Positions 23,302-24,507 of a stretch of DNA of 24,507 nucleotides are shown here, one piece after another. Both the position numbers and the translations under genes were made by a program. Each line of letters opens with the position of its first letter. Position 1 is the stretch's first letter. Under the pieces are notes generated by a model. The model searched no databases, was not told where the DNA came from, and was given only the letters and a program-made list of their open reading frames with translations. The stretch is from positions 1 to 24,507 of the IMG/VR virus record IMGVR_UViG_3300040985_001796, one strand, 5' to 3'. This DNA comes from a virus (lineage: Duplodnaviria > Caudoviricetes).

Positions 23302-24507
23302 ATGCTCTGGTTAGATTTAGAAACAAAATCACAATGTGACCTGGTTAAGAAAGGTTTGATGGCATATTCCCAGGACATGACCACAGAAATTATTTGTATG
23401 TCTTATGCTTTCGATGCTGGTGAGGTAATCACATGGTTCCCCGAAGACGGCAAAAAATTCCCTGTCGCTGTCGAAGATTATATTAATTCAGGCGGTTTCT
23501 TGACTGCGCATAACGCAACCTTTGAGCGATATCTGTTTAACTATGTCATCGCTAACGATTACAAAATAAAAGCGCCTAAACTCACTCAATGGCGTTGTAG
23601 CGCGGCTAGAGCACTGTCTCATGGATTTGCTGCTTCTCTCGGTGACATTTGCCAGGCAATGGATTTGCCTTTACAGAAACAAGTTGAGGGCCGAAGATTA
23701 ATCAGAGAGTATTGCGCGCCTAATTTTTTGACTGCGTGGGTTGGTAACGATAAAGAGCTGATGCGTTCTTATTGTGAAACCGATGTGGCTACAATGCGCC
23801 TGTTCTGCTCATACCTACGCGAGTTAAGTCCAGAAGAATGGGAACAATACCACGCCACCGAACAGATCAATGAGAGAGGGGTGCCGATAGATTTGCCATT
23901 CGTTAAAGCAGCATTAGGATACTCAGTCGCGGTTAAAGCCGATGTTGATAACAAAATAGCAGAATTAACCGCTGGTGTAGTCAAGAACGCTCGCGCGCGC
24001 AAAGCTCGTGACGAATGGTTATTCCCTAAACTCACTAAAGAGCAGCTAAAGTTATTGGTGGTAGTCAAACAGGGCGTTGAAAAAACCTCTTTGGATAAAG
24101 AGCACCAGGATTACTTGTTAGCGTGTACAGATTTAGACCCGCAAGCTGAGAAGCTGCTGCAATTGTTGGCTGATGCAGGAGGCTCAGCATCCGCGAAATT
24201 TAAATCAATGGCAGCATTCCAGATTGATAGCCGAGTGTACAACACAATGGTATTTAGCGGAGCTGGCGCAACAGGGCGTTTTAGTTCGAGAGGGATTCAA
24301 TTACAGAATATGAAGCGTGATGTGTATCCTGATCCTGAACCACTAATTAATGATGTGTTAGCGGGTGTTGATATAGAAAACCCCGCGGCTTCGTTAGGGC
24401 GATTAACCCGTTCAGCTATCACATCAGATCACGGACTAACGTATTCCGATTATTCACAAATTGAGGCACGTGTTTTGCCTTGGCTCGCGGATACTGAAGA
24501 ATCTGAG
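23302..24507 (+). CDS. Family A DNA polymerase with 3'-5' exonuclease (3' end runs off the window)
   Basis: Not in the ORF track. AAGGAG RBS; MLWLDLET (ExoI), AHNATFE (ExoII), YCETDV (ExoIII), INERGV, TGRFSSRGIQLQN, motif A DYSQIEARV. Confidence 0.93.
   Translation, partial: MLWLDLETKSQCDLVKKGLMAYSQDMTTEIICMSYAFDAGEVITWFPEDGKKFPVAVEDYINSGGFLTAHNATFERYLFNYVIANDYKIKAPKLTQWRCSAARALSHGFAASLGDICQAMDLPLQKQVEGRRLIREYCAPNFLTAWVGNDKELMRSYCETDVATMRLFCSYLRELSPEEWEQYHATEQINERGVPIDLPFVKAALGYSVAVKADVDNKIAELTAGVVKNARARKARDEWLFPKLTKEQLKLLVVVKQGVEKTSLDKEHQDYLLACTDLDPQAEKLLQLLADAGGSASAKFKSMAAFQIDSRVYNTMVFSGAGATGRFSSRGIQLQNMKRDVYPDPEPLINDVLAGVDIENPAASLGRLTRSAITSDHGLTYSDYSQIEARVLPWLADTEESE

Noticed and set aside
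17313-24068. Alternative-frame and antisense ORFs in the replication genes (17313-17648, 18769-19026, 19047-19229, 19919-20134, 20141-20617, 22681-22974, 22755-22964, 23148-23384, 23769-24068)
   Set aside because: They overlap motif-supported genes and show no independent coding signal.
1-24507. Stop-codon reassignment, introns/inteins, tRNA genes or integrase
   Set aside because: TAA, TGA and TAG all end genes at tight junctions, core genes are uninterrupted and of normal length, and I saw no tRNA cloverleaf or recombinase motif.

Overview
This 24.5-kb window is part of a tailed dsDNA phage (or prophage) genome with podovirus-like organisation, probably infecting a Proteobacterium (inferred from sigma70-type promoters and an IHF-consensus site). 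Positions 1-19263 read leftward on the - strand. In order of transcription they encode an RHH regulator, a RepB-type primase/SF3 helicase, a putative origin, small accessory genes, terS, terL, portal, a TylF-like O-methyltransferase, an LPD23/zincin protein, scaffold, a DUF5309-type major capsid protein, a 590-aa fibre/receptor-binding protein, a chaperone, a lysis cassette (M15A endolysin, 3TM holin) and a head-tail adaptor cut by the window edge. Positions 19309-24507 read rightward: VRR-NUC nuclease, HNH-AP2 endonuclease, SNF2-like helicase, DUF2800/Cas4-like nuclease, ssDNA-binding protein and a family A DNA polymerase (truncated). Four signals stand out. (1) The fibre ends in seven near-identical 138-bp beta-propeller blades whose two loops vary at codon positions 1-2 with largely fixed wobble bases, resembling adenine-directed (DGR-like) diversification, although no RT or template is in the window. 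(2) A strong promoter, short RNA and terminator unit sits in front of the terminase operon; it resembles lambda pR'/tR' and carries an anti-Shine-Dalgarno tract. (3) The capsid-gene leader is structured, with twin GAGA hairpins and a motif shared with the terS leader. (4) Methyltransferase and polyvalent-protein genes are inserted in the head module. All family assignments come from motif recognition by eye, not database searches.
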